Below are positions 36,261 to 46,434 of a stretch of 64,000 bases of DNA, one piece after another. Location: positions 256,001-320,000 of the forward strand of contig CAXXGI010000003.1 of assembly GCA_963674695.2 (NCBI GenBank), given 5' to 3'. Position 1 is the stretch's first letter. Every line of letters starts with the position of its first letter. The notes under the pieces are model-generated. The model saw nothing but the letters and a program-made list of their open reading frames with translations. It made no database searches and had not been told where the DNA came from. The translations under genes and the position numbers were made by a program. This DNA comes from a bacterium. Its GTDB lineage: Bacteria > UBA10199 > 2-02-FULL-44-16 > JAAZCA01.

Positions 36261-36380
36261 TTTTCGTCATAAACACCACTCCATGTCATTTTATTGACGA
36301 CCCTTCTCATCCTGATTGGTGCGGATCTCCCCAAACATCCCCTATTCGGTATATTTCCGATCTCTTTGCTGCGTGGCTTA

Positions 36381-36395
36381 TGGCACGTTGCATGC
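36381..36395 (+). promoter_or_regulatory. sigma54-type promoter (no palindrome module)
   Basis: TGGCACGTTGCATGC starting 56 nt before ATG 36437, which has a GGAGG SD. Confidence 0.5.
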
Positions 36396-36436
36396 AGACA
36401 AATCTATATGGTGAGGGGTGAAATGCAGGAGGTCCT

Positions 36437-38398
36437 ATGCGGTACCATCGCTGTCCTATGTCCGTCGTTTCTCTGGTCGTCTTGATCATTCTCTTCGTTT
36501 TGACCGCCCCGGCGCAGGCACAATTCTCACGTGCCGGTGGTCTGTCGATCAAGCGGGCACCCGCTGTCGCCCCGGCGGCGGGCGGGGCCGAAACCGAGAA
36601 TGCGTCAGACGAAGCAAATCAGGGGATGGGCGAGTCGGCGCTCTATATGCTCTTGCAGGGGTATGCCTATAAAGACGATTCCTCGATCGTCGGCTGTCCC
36701 GCTGGGCTCCATCAGCCCGGGGGCGAGGATGTTCCGGCCTATGCGGTGGCCACGCGCATTGGCGAGCCGTTGCCGGACGGTTCCTCTCTCCTGCTCGTGG
36801 ATGTGGATCTCATCGATGAAGAGAGCGGTGAGACGAGCCGATTGCCGCTCGTCTGCCCCGATCCAGACGATGGAGGCATTCCGGTGCTGGCCGATCAGCG
36901 CTATCAAGTCGTCGTGGCCGTGGCGCCGAAGAACATGACCTATGACGTGCGCTTGATCGTCGGATCGCAGGGCGATGAGAAGCCGGTGACCAAGCCGATC
37001 GATCTGAGCTATCTGTTGCATCACATGGAGGTGCCGGGCCTGCCGGAGGGCGAGGTCGAACCCGAGGGACCGGAAGTGCAGGAACCGGAGGTCGAGGCTC
37101 CGGAGATGGGGATGGAAGCGGATGTACAGAAGATTGAACTCGATGCGGAGGAGAAGAACGCGATCGACGTGGGTCGCGACACGCCCGGTATCGGTGAGGG
37201 ACTGATTCCCGGCGATAAATTTCACATCGGAAATGACAGAAGGGTTGGCGTTGGCCTGGGCACGGGGTTTATGCCGGGCACGGTTCCGGGCGGGGGCCAG
37301 ACGAGCGACAGCATAACAATTCCGGGACAGAATATTCCAGGCGGGGGGAATGAAATCGGCGGATCGCACAATGGAATCGTGGACAACGATGTGGAGATCC
37401 CTGGCCATGGCATCGATGATCATTTTTCCGGAGATGATACCAATGATACCGTTCCGGGCAACGTCAATAACGAAGGAAAGATGATCCCAGGAGATACCGA
37501 TGCTCCATCCGGTCGTAACGATGGGACCGGCCCGGATGGAAAGACGGCTGCTGATTGGATGAACAACTATTCTCCGGGTGATGACATGGTCGATACGAGC
37601 GGCCAAGAGACGAACGTTTCAAATGGCATCGAACAAGGGCAGCGTGGCGCGGGTCAGGGATCCGATCTGGCCCAGGAGACGGAGAACAAAATCGATTCGA
37701 CAAGGAGAGGGGCGTCCGAAGGAGTGGTGGAGACGGGGGAAGAATGGAACAACGAAGGGCAGACCACGACTGAGGTGATCATCGGAGATGAATCGGCTGC
37801 TTACGTCGACGGGGAACGCATGGATGCGGATGATGAACGAAATGCTATCGCCGATGCCTTTAGCGGGCCGGTGGCTTCTAACTTGGATGAGGGGCAGTCC
37901 AGCGACGATGATGACGCTACGACGGGCGATGATGATGACGCCACGACGGGCGACGATGACGATGATGATGACGATACCACCACCGCAACAGGCGACGACG
38001 ATGACGACGACGATGATGACAGCGAGGCGCTCCCCAATCCCTATGCGGAGGATGAATCGGCCGATGGGAGTCTCACGCCCGCCGATATCATGTGGTGGCG
38101 GATGCAGGTCGGAAACGGCGTGGGGTGGTTTCTTCAGACGATCTCCGGCGGTCGCTTTGGCGATCCGATCGAGGACGTCGAGGAGACCTACGATACCCGC
38201 CCGGCGATGAACCGCATCGGCGGAACGCTCGGCGACAAGGGGGACATCGACACGGTTGACGAGGACGACGATGACGATACGGGCGTGGTGGCGCCGATGA
38301 CGCCGGAGCAGCAGCGCGAGCTCATCGAATCGGGCGGCAAGGTGGGGCCGCGGGTCATCGAGGGACATCGCAGCAATATGCAGATTGAGCGGAAGTGA
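36437..38398 (+). CDS. secreted acidic low-complexity protein
   Basis: Signal peptide (…TAPAQA|Q); G/D/N-rich with repeated IPG motifs and poly-Asp DDDDATTG repeats. Confidence 0.75.
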   Translation: MRYHRCPMSVVSLVVLIILFVLTAPAQAQFSRAGGLSIKRAPAVAPAAGGAETENASDEANQGMGESALYMLLQGYAYKDDSSIVGCPAGLHQPGGEDVPAYAVATRIGEPLPDGSSLLLVDVDLIDEESGETSRLPLVCPDPDDGGIPVLADQRYQVVVAVAPKNMTYDVRLIVGSQGDEKPVTKPIDLSYLLHHMEVPGLPEGEVEPEGPEVQEPEVEAPEMGMEADVQKIELDAEEKNAIDVGRDTPGIGEGLIPGDKFHIGNDRRVGVGLGTGFMPGTVPGGGQTSDSITIPGQNIPGGGNEIGGSHNGIVDNDVEIPGHGIDDHFSGDDTNDTVPGNVNNEGKMIPGDTDAPSGRNDGTGPDGKTAADWMNNYSPGDDMVDTSGQETNVSNGIEQGQRGAGQGSDLAQETENKIDSTRRGASEGVVETGEEWNNEGQTTTEVIIGDESAAYVDGERMDADDERNAIADAFSGPVASNLDEGQSSDDDDATTGDDDDATTGDDDDDDDDTTTATGDDDDDDDDDSEALPNPYAEDESADGSLTPADIMWWRMQVGNGVGWFLQTISGGRFGDPIEDVEETYDTRPAMNRIGGTLGDKGDIDTVDEDDDDDTGVVAPMTPEQQRELIESGGKVGPRVIEGHRSNMQIERK

Positions 38399-40755
38399 GG
38401 TTTGGAATGCGTTGTGCGAGATGCATGGTGGGAGTCATTCTGGTTTGCTCTGCGTGTGCGTATCACGCACACGCCGCGCAGGTGGTTCGGCGCTCGATTC
38501 CCACCGTACGCACGCAGCCGAACGTTTCGGTCGATGTTCCCGTCGGACTGACCAGCTCGCTCGCGGCGCTACGCGAAAAACTCTCCGGTACGGAGCTCTC
38601 TGATACGCGCCAGCGCGCGGCGATCGAGGCCTGGATCAATGCGCAGCCCGAGGTGCAGGCAGCACGGGCGGCAAGCGGCGATATCGCGGCAGCACTGGCG
38701 CAATCGGCCTTGCCGCCGGCGCTCGACGGGATGCCCGAGGCGCTCATCGCGCGGGTCAAAGCGGTGACCGGAAAATTCTCGACCGGGGCGCTGGCCCTCA
38801 CGGTCGAGGATGCGCAGGCGCTTCCGGGGCTCGCCCTCGAGTCGGACGATCAGACGGGCGCCATCATACGCCAGCTCTATCGCCGCGAATACGGGAGCGG
38901 CGTGCTGCACGACGTGGGTGCGTATCTCGATGCGGAGACCGATGCGGTCTTTGCGATGACGGTCGCGGCGTTGGCACTCCCTGCGCGCAAGGGGGCGGCG
39001 CTCCTTCCCGCCCAGCAGCGCATGGCGGAGAAGCTGCGTGCAGACGACGAGACGACCGCACGCGTATCGGCCTATTTTCTCTGGAGCGGGCTCGGCATGC
39101 TCTTGCAGCGCGCGCCGGACGGTCCCTTTGCAGAGGATGGATCACTTTCGGAACTGTTTGCGAATCGTGTTCGCGAACGCGTTTTCGCCGCTTCGAAATC
39201 AATGCCCGAATCGGTTTTCCAGCAGCTCTCTTTTCTCGGCGATGAGGATTCTGTTGCGGCGTTGCGCAATATTGCACCAGCCTTTTTCGAACTGTTGCGG
39301 CGCAAGTCCCAGGAGATCGTCCTCTCCGATGGGCCGAGCGATCAGGAGGTCCTGGAGGAGTCGACCAGACCAGATCTGGGCCTCGTTGTGCCGACAGTGG
39401 CATCGGCAGCGAGCAAGGTGGACGACAAGTCAGAGGTAACCATACTCGTGAGCAGCGATTCTCGTCTTTGGAAGAACATGCAGCGGGCGGTGTCATGGAT
39501 GACGCGCGTGGCCGCTTTGGCCTCAAGTGCTCTCCCGACGACATGGGGGACGCAGGACCAACAGGTTTTTTTGGACGACCTGTGCCTTTTCTTTCACGCT
39601 CTTGCACAGGTGACCGTCTTGGATGATGCCTTTGTCGTGCGGGAAGATAATGTATCGGAGGAAGTCGAACGGATGGCCAATGCCGTCGCTCGTCTGCTCA
39701 ACGGGGCCCAACTCGTCGAATTCGGCAATTCCGCTACGCTTGCAGGATATAGAGGGTCAAGTGAGCCGGGAAGCCATTCGACGCTGTTGCTCTCACCGAT
39801 TTTTTTCGCCTATGGTGGTCCGGAACAGTGGGCTGCGACGCTTGTCCATGAGTTTGCGCATGCTTTTCTTGATCGCATCGGACCAGTGTTAATGAGGCAG
39901 CCTTTCTTAGATGGACCCGCACTTATTCCCAGTCCGGATTATCCCTATCAGGCATTGGTGACGGTTTCCGGTATCGGACTCTTTGTGGAGGGCATGGCTG
40001 TTGCCACGGAGGAAACTTTCCTGGCCGTCAGCCAATCAGGTGCGCGTTCGTTGGATGGAGTGAGTCAACAAGTCGGGGATCGCTCGGGCCTCGTCGATGT
40101 TTTTCGCGAGGGGTCGATGATCGAGGATATTCTGTTGGCTGGCGTTGCCTCCTATGGGGGTTGTGGCGATTTTACAGATCAATTCCATCCCTACGGTTCA
40201 TGTCGTCGTTACGTCGCTTATTTCGATGGGGGGGTGAGGCCCGAGCAGGCCTTCTATCCGCGGGCCATTCGAAACACGTTTGCCCATGTTCAGATTCTCC
40301 TTGAGGAGAATCTTGATCGTTATGGACGGCTTCATCATCCATTAAAAATTCCGAACATTACACATCGCTATCGCGGTCTTATGGTTGATTCTGGTTCCGA
40401 TCTCGGAAATTGGGCGGCGCCACAGCAGCTGGAATCGTGGCGATATGCGTCCAAGCGTTCTTCCCTCCCCGCACTTGATCCCTGTACTCCTTTTGCGCTT
40501 TTCGGCCTTTATGAAGAGACAATCGGTGGAGTGAATATAGGATTCATCGATGTTCTTCCCTATTTCCCGATCGCGCATTACTATGGGTTTCGCTCGGATG
40601 AGCATGGAGAAGAACGCTTTGCGCCAAATGTTGTGGTCAGCGTTCCGCCCGAGGGGACTATGACACAGCCGTTTTCTGTGAATGTTGAGTACGACAGAGC
40701 TTTTGCTGAACATGAGCGAGAGCTCGCGGGGTGTCAGTCGTCCCCGCCCAAATGA
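38395..40755 (+). CDS. exported hypothetical protein with HExxH motif
   Basis: Long ORF overlapping the upstream stop (GTGA); signal-like N-terminus; ATLVHEFAH and downstream FVEGMA (gluzincin-like pattern). Confidence 0.7.
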   Translation: MRFGMRCARCMVGVILVCSACAYHAHAAQVVRRSIPTVRTQPNVSVDVPVGLTSSLAALREKLSGTELSDTRQRAAIEAWINAQPEVQAARAASGDIAAALAQSALPPALDGMPEALIARVKAVTGKFSTGALALTVEDAQALPGLALESDDQTGAIIRQLYRREYGSGVLHDVGAYLDAETDAVFAMTVAALALPARKGAALLPAQQRMAEKLRADDETTARVSAYFLWSGLGMLLQRAPDGPFAEDGSLSELFANRVRERVFAASKSMPESVFQQLSFLGDEDSVAALRNIAPAFFELLRRKSQEIVLSDGPSDQEVLEESTRPDLGLVVPTVASAASKVDDKSEVTILVSSDSRLWKNMQRAVSWMTRVAALASSALPTTWGTQDQQVFLDDLCLFFHALAQVTVLDDAFVVREDNVSEEVERMANAVARLLNGAQLVEFGNSATLAGYRGSSEPGSHSTLLLSPIFFAYGGPEQWAATLVHEFAHAFLDRIGPVLMRQPFLDGPALIPSPDYPYQALVTVSGIGLFVEGMAVATEETFLAVSQSGARSLDGVSQQVGDRSGLVDVFREGSMIEDILLAGVASYGGCGDFTDQFHPYGSCRRYVAYFDGGVRPEQAFYPRAIRNTFAHVQILLEENLDRYGRLHHPLKIPNITHRYRGLMVDSGSDLGNWAAPQQLESWRYASKRSSLPALDPCTPFALFGLYEETIGGVNIGFIDVLPYFPIAHYYGFRSDEHGEERFAPNVVVSVPPEGTMTQPFSVNVEYDRAFAEHERELAGCQSSPPK

Positions 40756-40986
40756 GTGTGGAATAAGTCATTGTATTGCAAGTAGTTAGGATGAAATCGT
40801 TCTTGCGTTTTCGTTCGGGGTGGGAGTCGATTTTCCCAATTCCATTTGAAAAATAACCCTTTACAGTCCGAATGGGGGTGTGATAGTCACGGCCCCTCAC
40901 TGCGGGGTGGATCTTTCGGAAAGCCCGGAAGGGGTCTGCGCCGACAGCACGTGGGCGGGGTAAACCGCTCGAAAGGATGGAACATC

Positions 40987-41256
40987 ATGTCGTTGGCACT
41001 CGTGAAGAAGACCGAACTCATCAACAAATTTCAGACGCATGAGGGCGATACCGGCTCGGCCGAGGTCCAGATTGCGTTGCTGACCGAGCGTATCACCACG
41101 CTCACCGATCACTTCAAGACGCATAAGAAGGATCATCACAGCCGTCGCGGCCTGCTCAAGATGGTGAGCCGTCGGCGCAAGCTCCTCGACTATATGAAGA
41201 AGCACAACGTCGCGGGCTACAAGACGATCATCGGGGAACTGGGTATCCGGAAATAG
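40987..41256 (+). CDS. rpsO: 30S ribosomal protein S15
   Basis: [16 protein letters not shown] and [15 protein letters not shown]. Confidence 0.98.
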   Translation: MSLALVKKTELINKFQTHEGDTGSAEVQIALLTERITTLTDHFKTHKKDHHSRRGLLKMVSRRRKLLDYMKKHNVAGYKTIIGELGIRK

Positions 41257-41473
41257 TTCCCGGAAGGCGAGTTCGGAGGATGCGGAGCTGATAATTTATT
41301 CGTGCGCTCGTGTGTATCGAGCGTTCGGGTAAGTTATCAGTTCATCCCATCCGTGAGACGACCGCCGTACCCACCATTTCCCTTGTACAAGAGCGGAGCC
41401 ATTCACCCGACAGCATGGAGCCCTTTGGGTCTCGCTGCGCGTGTGTATGCGCTGTGCACAGAGGAGGACGCAT

Positions 41474-43582
41474 ATGTCCCAAACAGTAGAAGTTCAAGTC
41501 GGCGGTCGCACGATGACCCTGGAAACGGGTCACATCGCCAAACAGGCCGGCGGGTCGGTCGTGGTGCGCTACGGCGATTCGGTCGTGCTCGTCACCGCAA
41601 CGGCGCGCGCAGAGGTGTCGCTCAACCGCTCGTTTCTGCCGCTGACCTGCGATTACATCGAGAAGACCTACGCCGCGGGAAAGATCCCGGGCGGTTTTTT
41701 CAAGCGCGAAGGGCGCCAGACCGAGCGAGAAATTTTGGCCTCCCGCATGATCGATCGTCCGATCCGTCCGCTCTTTCCCGACGGCTATTTCAACGAGACG
41801 CAGCTCATCGCCACGGTCCTCTCGAGCGAAAACGATCACGATCCGGATACGCTCGGCATGATCGGCGCATCAGCGGCGCTGACCATTTCGCCCTATCCGT
41901 TCCAGGGCCCGATCGCCAGCGTGCGCGTCGGTCGTGTCGATGGGAAATTCCTCATCAACCCGACGGAAGAGCAGCGCGACGCGAGCGATATCGACATGAT
42001 CGTCGCGGGTTCGCGCGATGCCATCGTCATGGTCGAGGGCGGTTCGCAGATGGTCTCGGAAGAGGATATGGTCGAGGCCCTCATGTTCGCCCACGAGGGG
42101 ATGCAGCCGATCATCGATGCCCAGCTTGAGTTGCAGAAGAAGGCGGGAAAAGAGAAGTGGGCCGATCCGGTCCTGCCCGATTTCTCCGATCTGGAGAAGA
42201 AGGTTGAAGCCACGCTCGGCGATCGCCTGGCCAAGGCCGTTACGATTCCGACGAAGATGGAGCGCTATGCGGCCCTCGACGAGCTGAAGAGCGCGGTTGT
42301 GGCTGAGATCGTGCCCGAGGATGACCAGACCGATATGGCCACAGCCGTGAAGGCGATCTTCGGCGATTGCAAAAAACGCTATGTGCGCAACATGATCGTG
42401 AGCGATGGCAAGCGCATCGATGGTCGTGGACTGACCGATGTGCGCCCGATCGAGACCGAGGTGAAGATGCTTCCGCGTGCACACGGTTCAGCGGTCTTTA
42501 CGCGCGGCGAGACGCAGGCGCTGGCCACCGTGACGCTGGGAACGAAGCGGGATCAGCAGCTCATCGAGAACAACACCGCCGACTACTACAAGAAGTTTAT
42601 GCTGCATTACAATTTCCCGCCCTTCTGCGTGGGCGAGGTGAAGTTCCTGCGCGGTGCTTCCCGCCGCGAGATCGGGCACGGCGCATTGGCCGAACGCTCG
42701 ATCCGGCGCGTTCTTCCGGACGAGGGTGACTTTCCGTATACCATCCGCGTCGTCTCCGAGGTGCTCGAATCAAACGGTTCCTCATCGATGGCCACCGTCT
42801 GCGGCGCGACGCTTGCGCTCATGGACAGCGGCGTTCCCATCACTGCTCCGGTGGCAGGGGTCGCCATGGGACTCATCAGTGAGAAGGGCAATATGGCGGT
42901 GCTGACCGATATCCTGGGCGATGAAGATCACCTGGGCGACATGGACTTCAAGGTGACCGGAACGCGCGAAGGCGTGACCGCGCTCCAGATGGACATCAAG
43001 ATCAGCGGCATCGATCGCGACGTGCTCACCAAGGCGTTGGCCCAGGCACGTGACGCCCGTTTGCACATCCTGGACGAGATGGCCAAGACGATCAAAGAGC
43101 CCCGCGCGGAGATGTCGCCGTATGCGCCCAAGCTCACGGTCCTCAACATTCCGGTCGATCGGATCGGCGATCTCATCGGCCCGGGCGGAAAGAACGTGCG
43201 CAAGATCATCGAGGCCACCGGTGCCAGCGTCGATATCAACGACGATGGTTCGGTCGTCATCGGTGCCACCGATCAGGCCTCCGGCGACGAAGCGATTCGC
43301 ATGGTCAAGCGCTGCACGGCAAGCCCTGAGGCGGGAAAATATTACATGGGGCGCGTGGTGCGCATCGCCGATTTCGGTGCCTTCGTGGAGATCTTCCCGA
43401 AGGTCGACGGTCTGCTGCATATCTCGCAGATCGCCGAGGAGCGCATCAAGCAGGTCTCCGACGTCCTCAAGATGGGCGACGAGTTGGTCGTGAAGGTCTT
43501 AGAGATCGATCCGGCGACCAAGAAGATCCGTCTCTCGCGCAAGGATGCCATCGGCCACGAGAACGAGGTGGAAGAGGGCTAA
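41474..43582 (+). CDS. pnp: polyribonucleotide nucleotidyltransferase (PNPase)
   Basis: GKIPGGFFKREG, FTRGETQAL, ESNGSSSMA and DHLGDMDFKV; KH and S1 domains. Confidence 0.98.
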   Translation: MSQTVEVQVGGRTMTLETGHIAKQAGGSVVVRYGDSVVLVTATARAEVSLNRSFLPLTCDYIEKTYAAGKIPGGFFKREGRQTEREILASRMIDRPIRPLFPDGYFNETQLIATVLSSENDHDPDTLGMIGASAALTISPYPFQGPIASVRVGRVDGKFLINPTEEQRDASDIDMIVAGSRDAIVMVEGGSQMVSEEDMVEALMFAHEGMQPIIDAQLELQKKAGKEKWADPVLPDFSDLEKKVEATLGDRLAKAVTIPTKMERYAALDELKSAVVAEIVPEDDQTDMATAVKAIFGDCKKRYVRNMIVSDGKRIDGRGLTDVRPIETEVKMLPRAHGSAVFTRGETQALATVTLGTKRDQQLIENNTADYYKKFMLHYNFPPFCVGEVKFLRGASRREIGHGALAERSIRRVLPDEGDFPYTIRVVSEVLESNGSSSMATVCGATLALMDSGVPITAPVAGVAMGLISEKGNMAVLTDILGDEDHLGDMDFKVTGTREGVTALQMDIKISGIDRDVLTKALAQARDARLHILDEMAKTIKEPRAEMSPYAPKLTVLNIPVDRIGDLIGPGGKNVRKIIEATGASVDINDDGSVVIGATDQASGDEAIRMVKRCTASPEAGKYYMGRVVRIADFGAFVEIFPKVDGLLHISQIAEERIKQVSDVLKMGDELVVKVLEIDPATKKIRLSRKDAIGHENEVEEG

Positions 43583-43590
43583 CAACGACT

Positions 43591-43670
43591 GTCATCCCCG
43601 AGTGTTTGAATCGGGGATCCAGCTTCGTAGATGTTTCAACAACCCCCGCGGGCAACCGCGGGGGTTTTTT
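43591..43670 (+). terminator. REP-like palindrome (43591-43622) followed by intrinsic terminator (43641-43670)
   Basis: GTCATCCCCGAGTGTTTGAATCGGGGATCCAG; AACCCCCGCGG-gcaa-CCGCGGGGGTTTTTT. Confidence 0.85.
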
Positions 43671-43800
43671 GTGCGTGGATGGCGGCGGAGAACGGGCGGT
43701 ATCACCGGTTACCGGTTTTTCTCGAGGTCGTCCCGAGTGCCTTGACGATGGGGCTTGCCTCTCGATAGAAAGTGTTATACGACGACAAGTGGAGGGCGTT

Positions 43801-44895
43801 ATGTCGATCTCCATCATGGAACCGATTGCTGCTGCCTTTGCTCCATCTCTTCTCTTGGCGACAGAATATGAGCTCATTCGCGAAGGGGCGCAGACAGCCC
43901 TCACGGAGGAGGGTGCCGTCTTTCTCGGCATCAATATGGCCTTAGAGAGTGAATTTCCTCCTGCAGATGTAGATTTTCCGTCAACCAAAAACCCGATACT
44001 CGTTCAAACAGCGATGCGAAGGATTTCCGAGGGGCCTCCCAAGGCATGGGGAGAGGATGTCGTTCGAAGGCTCGACAAGAGCTTCGAGCTTTTCGGGCGG
44101 CATGAACGGGAGAGCGGAAGAACGATCTATGACGACGCGCGGACGGGATTGTCTCGTCTGGGCGCCCCGCAGGGGCGGTGGGTCGGCGAGTCCGACGATA
44201 TCGAAGGGATGATCCCGTGGATGAACCGGGGCATCACGGTCGCCCATCAGTCGGTGGGGGCGCGCAGCACGATTTCGCTGGGCGATCTCATCACGAGAGA
44301 TGCGCCACGGACGATCGAGGAAGCGACCGCAGGCGTTTTTCTCGCCGGAGGACTTGCCTCCCGCATCTTCGTGACACGGGCAGACTGGAACAGCCTGCTG
44401 CGATGGCGGATGGGATTTATGAGCCTGCCGACGATGGGGCATCCTGAAGAGCTTTCGTTGATTGCGTTGGATGAGGAGGATGGTTCCCCCACGCCGTTTG
44501 CCGAGGCGGGTTCATGGACGGTCGATCCGACGATGCCCTTCTGGTTCGGTCTCAGACATCGGTATGAGCAGACGCCTGATTTTGAGATGAGGGCATCCGT
44601 TGGCGAGCCCTTTTCCGAACTCATCGCGCTGACGATGATGCCGCAGATCGGCGAGGGGAGAAACGAGGCCTTTCGGGCGATGCAGCGCGATCGCGCGGCC
44701 GCTTTCCTCCTCGGCGCGCGCGACTGGCTGAGGCAGGAGGGAGAAGCGGCGACGGCGACGACCGCACGCATCATCCGTTTGGCACAGATGACGCACGATC
44801 ATGTCTATCGATCCCGTGCCTTGGGTATTCCTTTCGGTGGAGTGGAAAAGGTCTCTTCCCCCTCGTTCAGCGACAAGGACGGAGAGGGAGCATAG
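43801..44895 (+). CDS. hypothetical protein
   Basis: 364-aa ORF with GGAGG SD before ATG 43801; no motif recognised. Confidence 0.6.
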   Translation: MSISIMEPIAAAFAPSLLLATEYELIREGAQTALTEEGAVFLGINMALESEFPPADVDFPSTKNPILVQTAMRRISEGPPKAWGEDVVRRLDKSFELFGRHERESGRTIYDDARTGLSRLGAPQGRWVGESDDIEGMIPWMNRGITVAHQSVGARSTISLGDLITRDAPRTIEEATAGVFLAGGLASRIFVTRADWNSLLRWRMGFMSLPTMGHPEELSLIALDEEDGSPTPFAEAGSWTVDPTMPFWFGLRHRYEQTPDFEMRASVGEPFSELIALTMMPQIGEGRNEAFRAMQRDRAAAFLLGARDWLRQEGEAATATTARIIRLAQMTHDHVYRSRALGIPFGGVEKVSSPSFSDKDGEGA

Positions 44896-45166
44896 CGCTG
44901 CAATCGGGTGGAGCCGCGGCTCCTCACCATCGAGCCAAGCTCGGCTCCATGGCGTATTGGTTTCGCTCATCGGGAAACCATGTTGTGATCTCCAACGGCC
45001 CCGAGGGATGTCCCCCCCGGGGCCGTCGTGTAGAGCGGGCAGGGATGTGACATCTTTAAGCGGACGTCGAACAAGTCGTATTCGAGGGAAGGAAGAATTT
45101 CACGCAACAAATATCGTTCGGATGCGATAAGGGGGGGAACGCAACTAACGGCAGGAGATCCATCCG

Positions 45167-46354
45167 ATGACGCTCACACCGATGACGACCAATCCCTCGT
45201 TGAATCTTGCCTGTGGCCTCTACGCGCAGTTTGTTGAGGATCCGCTGTCCACAAACGGCAATATCCTTTTTTCGCCGCAGGCCGCGGCGGAGACGCTCGC
45301 CCTGACCGAGGAACTCGCCGTCGGGGCGACGCAGGTGGAGGTCCAACAGGCGCTCGGGTGGAACGCGTCCGTGGAACAGGCGCGCGAGCATTTCGTCCGT
45401 CAGCGGCGGGCGCTCGAAAAAACGCGCGAAGGGATCACCGTTCGATCGGCCAACGGTCTGTGGCGGGATTTCCGCGTTTTGGTCGGGCAAGCGACATACG
45501 AGCGCCTCTTCGAACGCTTTGGCACATCGGTCAGGGGAGCTGCGTTTGAACCCTTCGAACAGGCCGTCCAATACATCGATCGATGGGTTCACGAGCGGAC
45601 CGATGGTGCTATTTCCCATATCGTTTCTCCGCGGGATATCGTCGAGGTGGGGCAGCTCATCCTTATCAATGCCCTTTCGTTTCAGGGGGCGCTGGCAATG
45701 CCGTTTGCTCCCAGTCGAAATGCTCCACGCGGATTTCGACGCGCCGATGGGGTCTCGCCGTATGTGAGGTTCATGAATGCGACGGGGCGTTGTTCCTTCT
45801 TTCACGACATCGAATACGGAGTGTCCGTTCTCGGGTTGCCGTATCGCGACGATCGGACGCAGCTGATCGCGATGATCCCCGAAGGCCGAACGCCGATCAG
45901 TGCGCTCGAACAAAACCTCTCGCCCGACCTGATCGGCCGGTGGCTGGAGCGGATGGAATCGCGCGAGGTGGAAGTTTCCTTTCCGCATCTCGATCTTCAG
46001 GCGACCTGGAATCTTGAAGGGGCGCTCCGGGCGATGGGGATGGAGCAGGCCTTTGATGCGAGAGCCGAATTCAGCGGTTTCGATTCCGGTGGGATCCATC
46101 TCGGGCGGGCGATGCAGAAGGTCGCCCTGCGCGTTGATCGGGAAGAGGGAGTGTCGATTTCTGCGCCGAAGAAGAAGTTTCGCGTTTCGCGATCGGTGCA
46201 GCGCGTTTCAGCGGCGCGTCCCTTTCTCTTTATGATCTGGGATCGCTTTGTCGGGACGCCGCTACTCATGGGTCGCGTCATGGACCCGAGCAATGGGGCG
46301 GGGGACTTTCTGCTCCAGGGAGAGATGGCGTCGGATTCCCCCCTGTATCACTGA
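45167..46354 (+). CDS. serpin family protein
   Basis: NILFSP, GA..T..E, IDRWVHERTDGAI, LILINALSFQG, FPHLDL and RPFLFMIWD...LLMGRVMDP. Confidence 0.9.
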   Translation: MTLTPMTTNPSLNLACGLYAQFVEDPLSTNGNILFSPQAAAETLALTEELAVGATQVEVQQALGWNASVEQAREHFVRQRRALEKTREGITVRSANGLWRDFRVLVGQATYERLFERFGTSVRGAAFEPFEQAVQYIDRWVHERTDGAISHIVSPRDIVEVGQLILINALSFQGALAMPFAPSRNAPRGFRRADGVSPYVRFMNATGRCSFFHDIEYGVSVLGLPYRDDRTQLIAMIPEGRTPISALEQNLSPDLIGRWLERMESREVEVSFPHLDLQATWNLEGALRAMGMEQAFDARAEFSGFDSGGIHLGRAMQKVALRVDREEGVSISAPKKKFRVSRSVQRVSAARPFLFMIWDRFVGTPLLMGRVMDPSNGAGDFLLQGEMASDSPLYH

Positions 46355-46377
46355 ACGCGACGACGCTATCAGAACCG

Positions 46378-46415
46378 AACGGCCCCGAGGGATCGCTCCC
46401 CCGGGGCCGTTTTTT
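46378..46415. terminator. terminator between serpin and coaE; near copy at 44994-45026
   Basis: AACGGCCCCGAGGGA-tcgc-TCCCCCGGGGCCGTTTTTT. Confidence 0.75.
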
Positions 46416-46434
46416 ACGAGTCACGAGTCACGAA

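Noticed and set aside
40880-40980. Possible S15-binding leader RNA upstream of rpsO
   Set aside because: GC-rich and plausible by position, but I could not define a structure or match a known family by eye.
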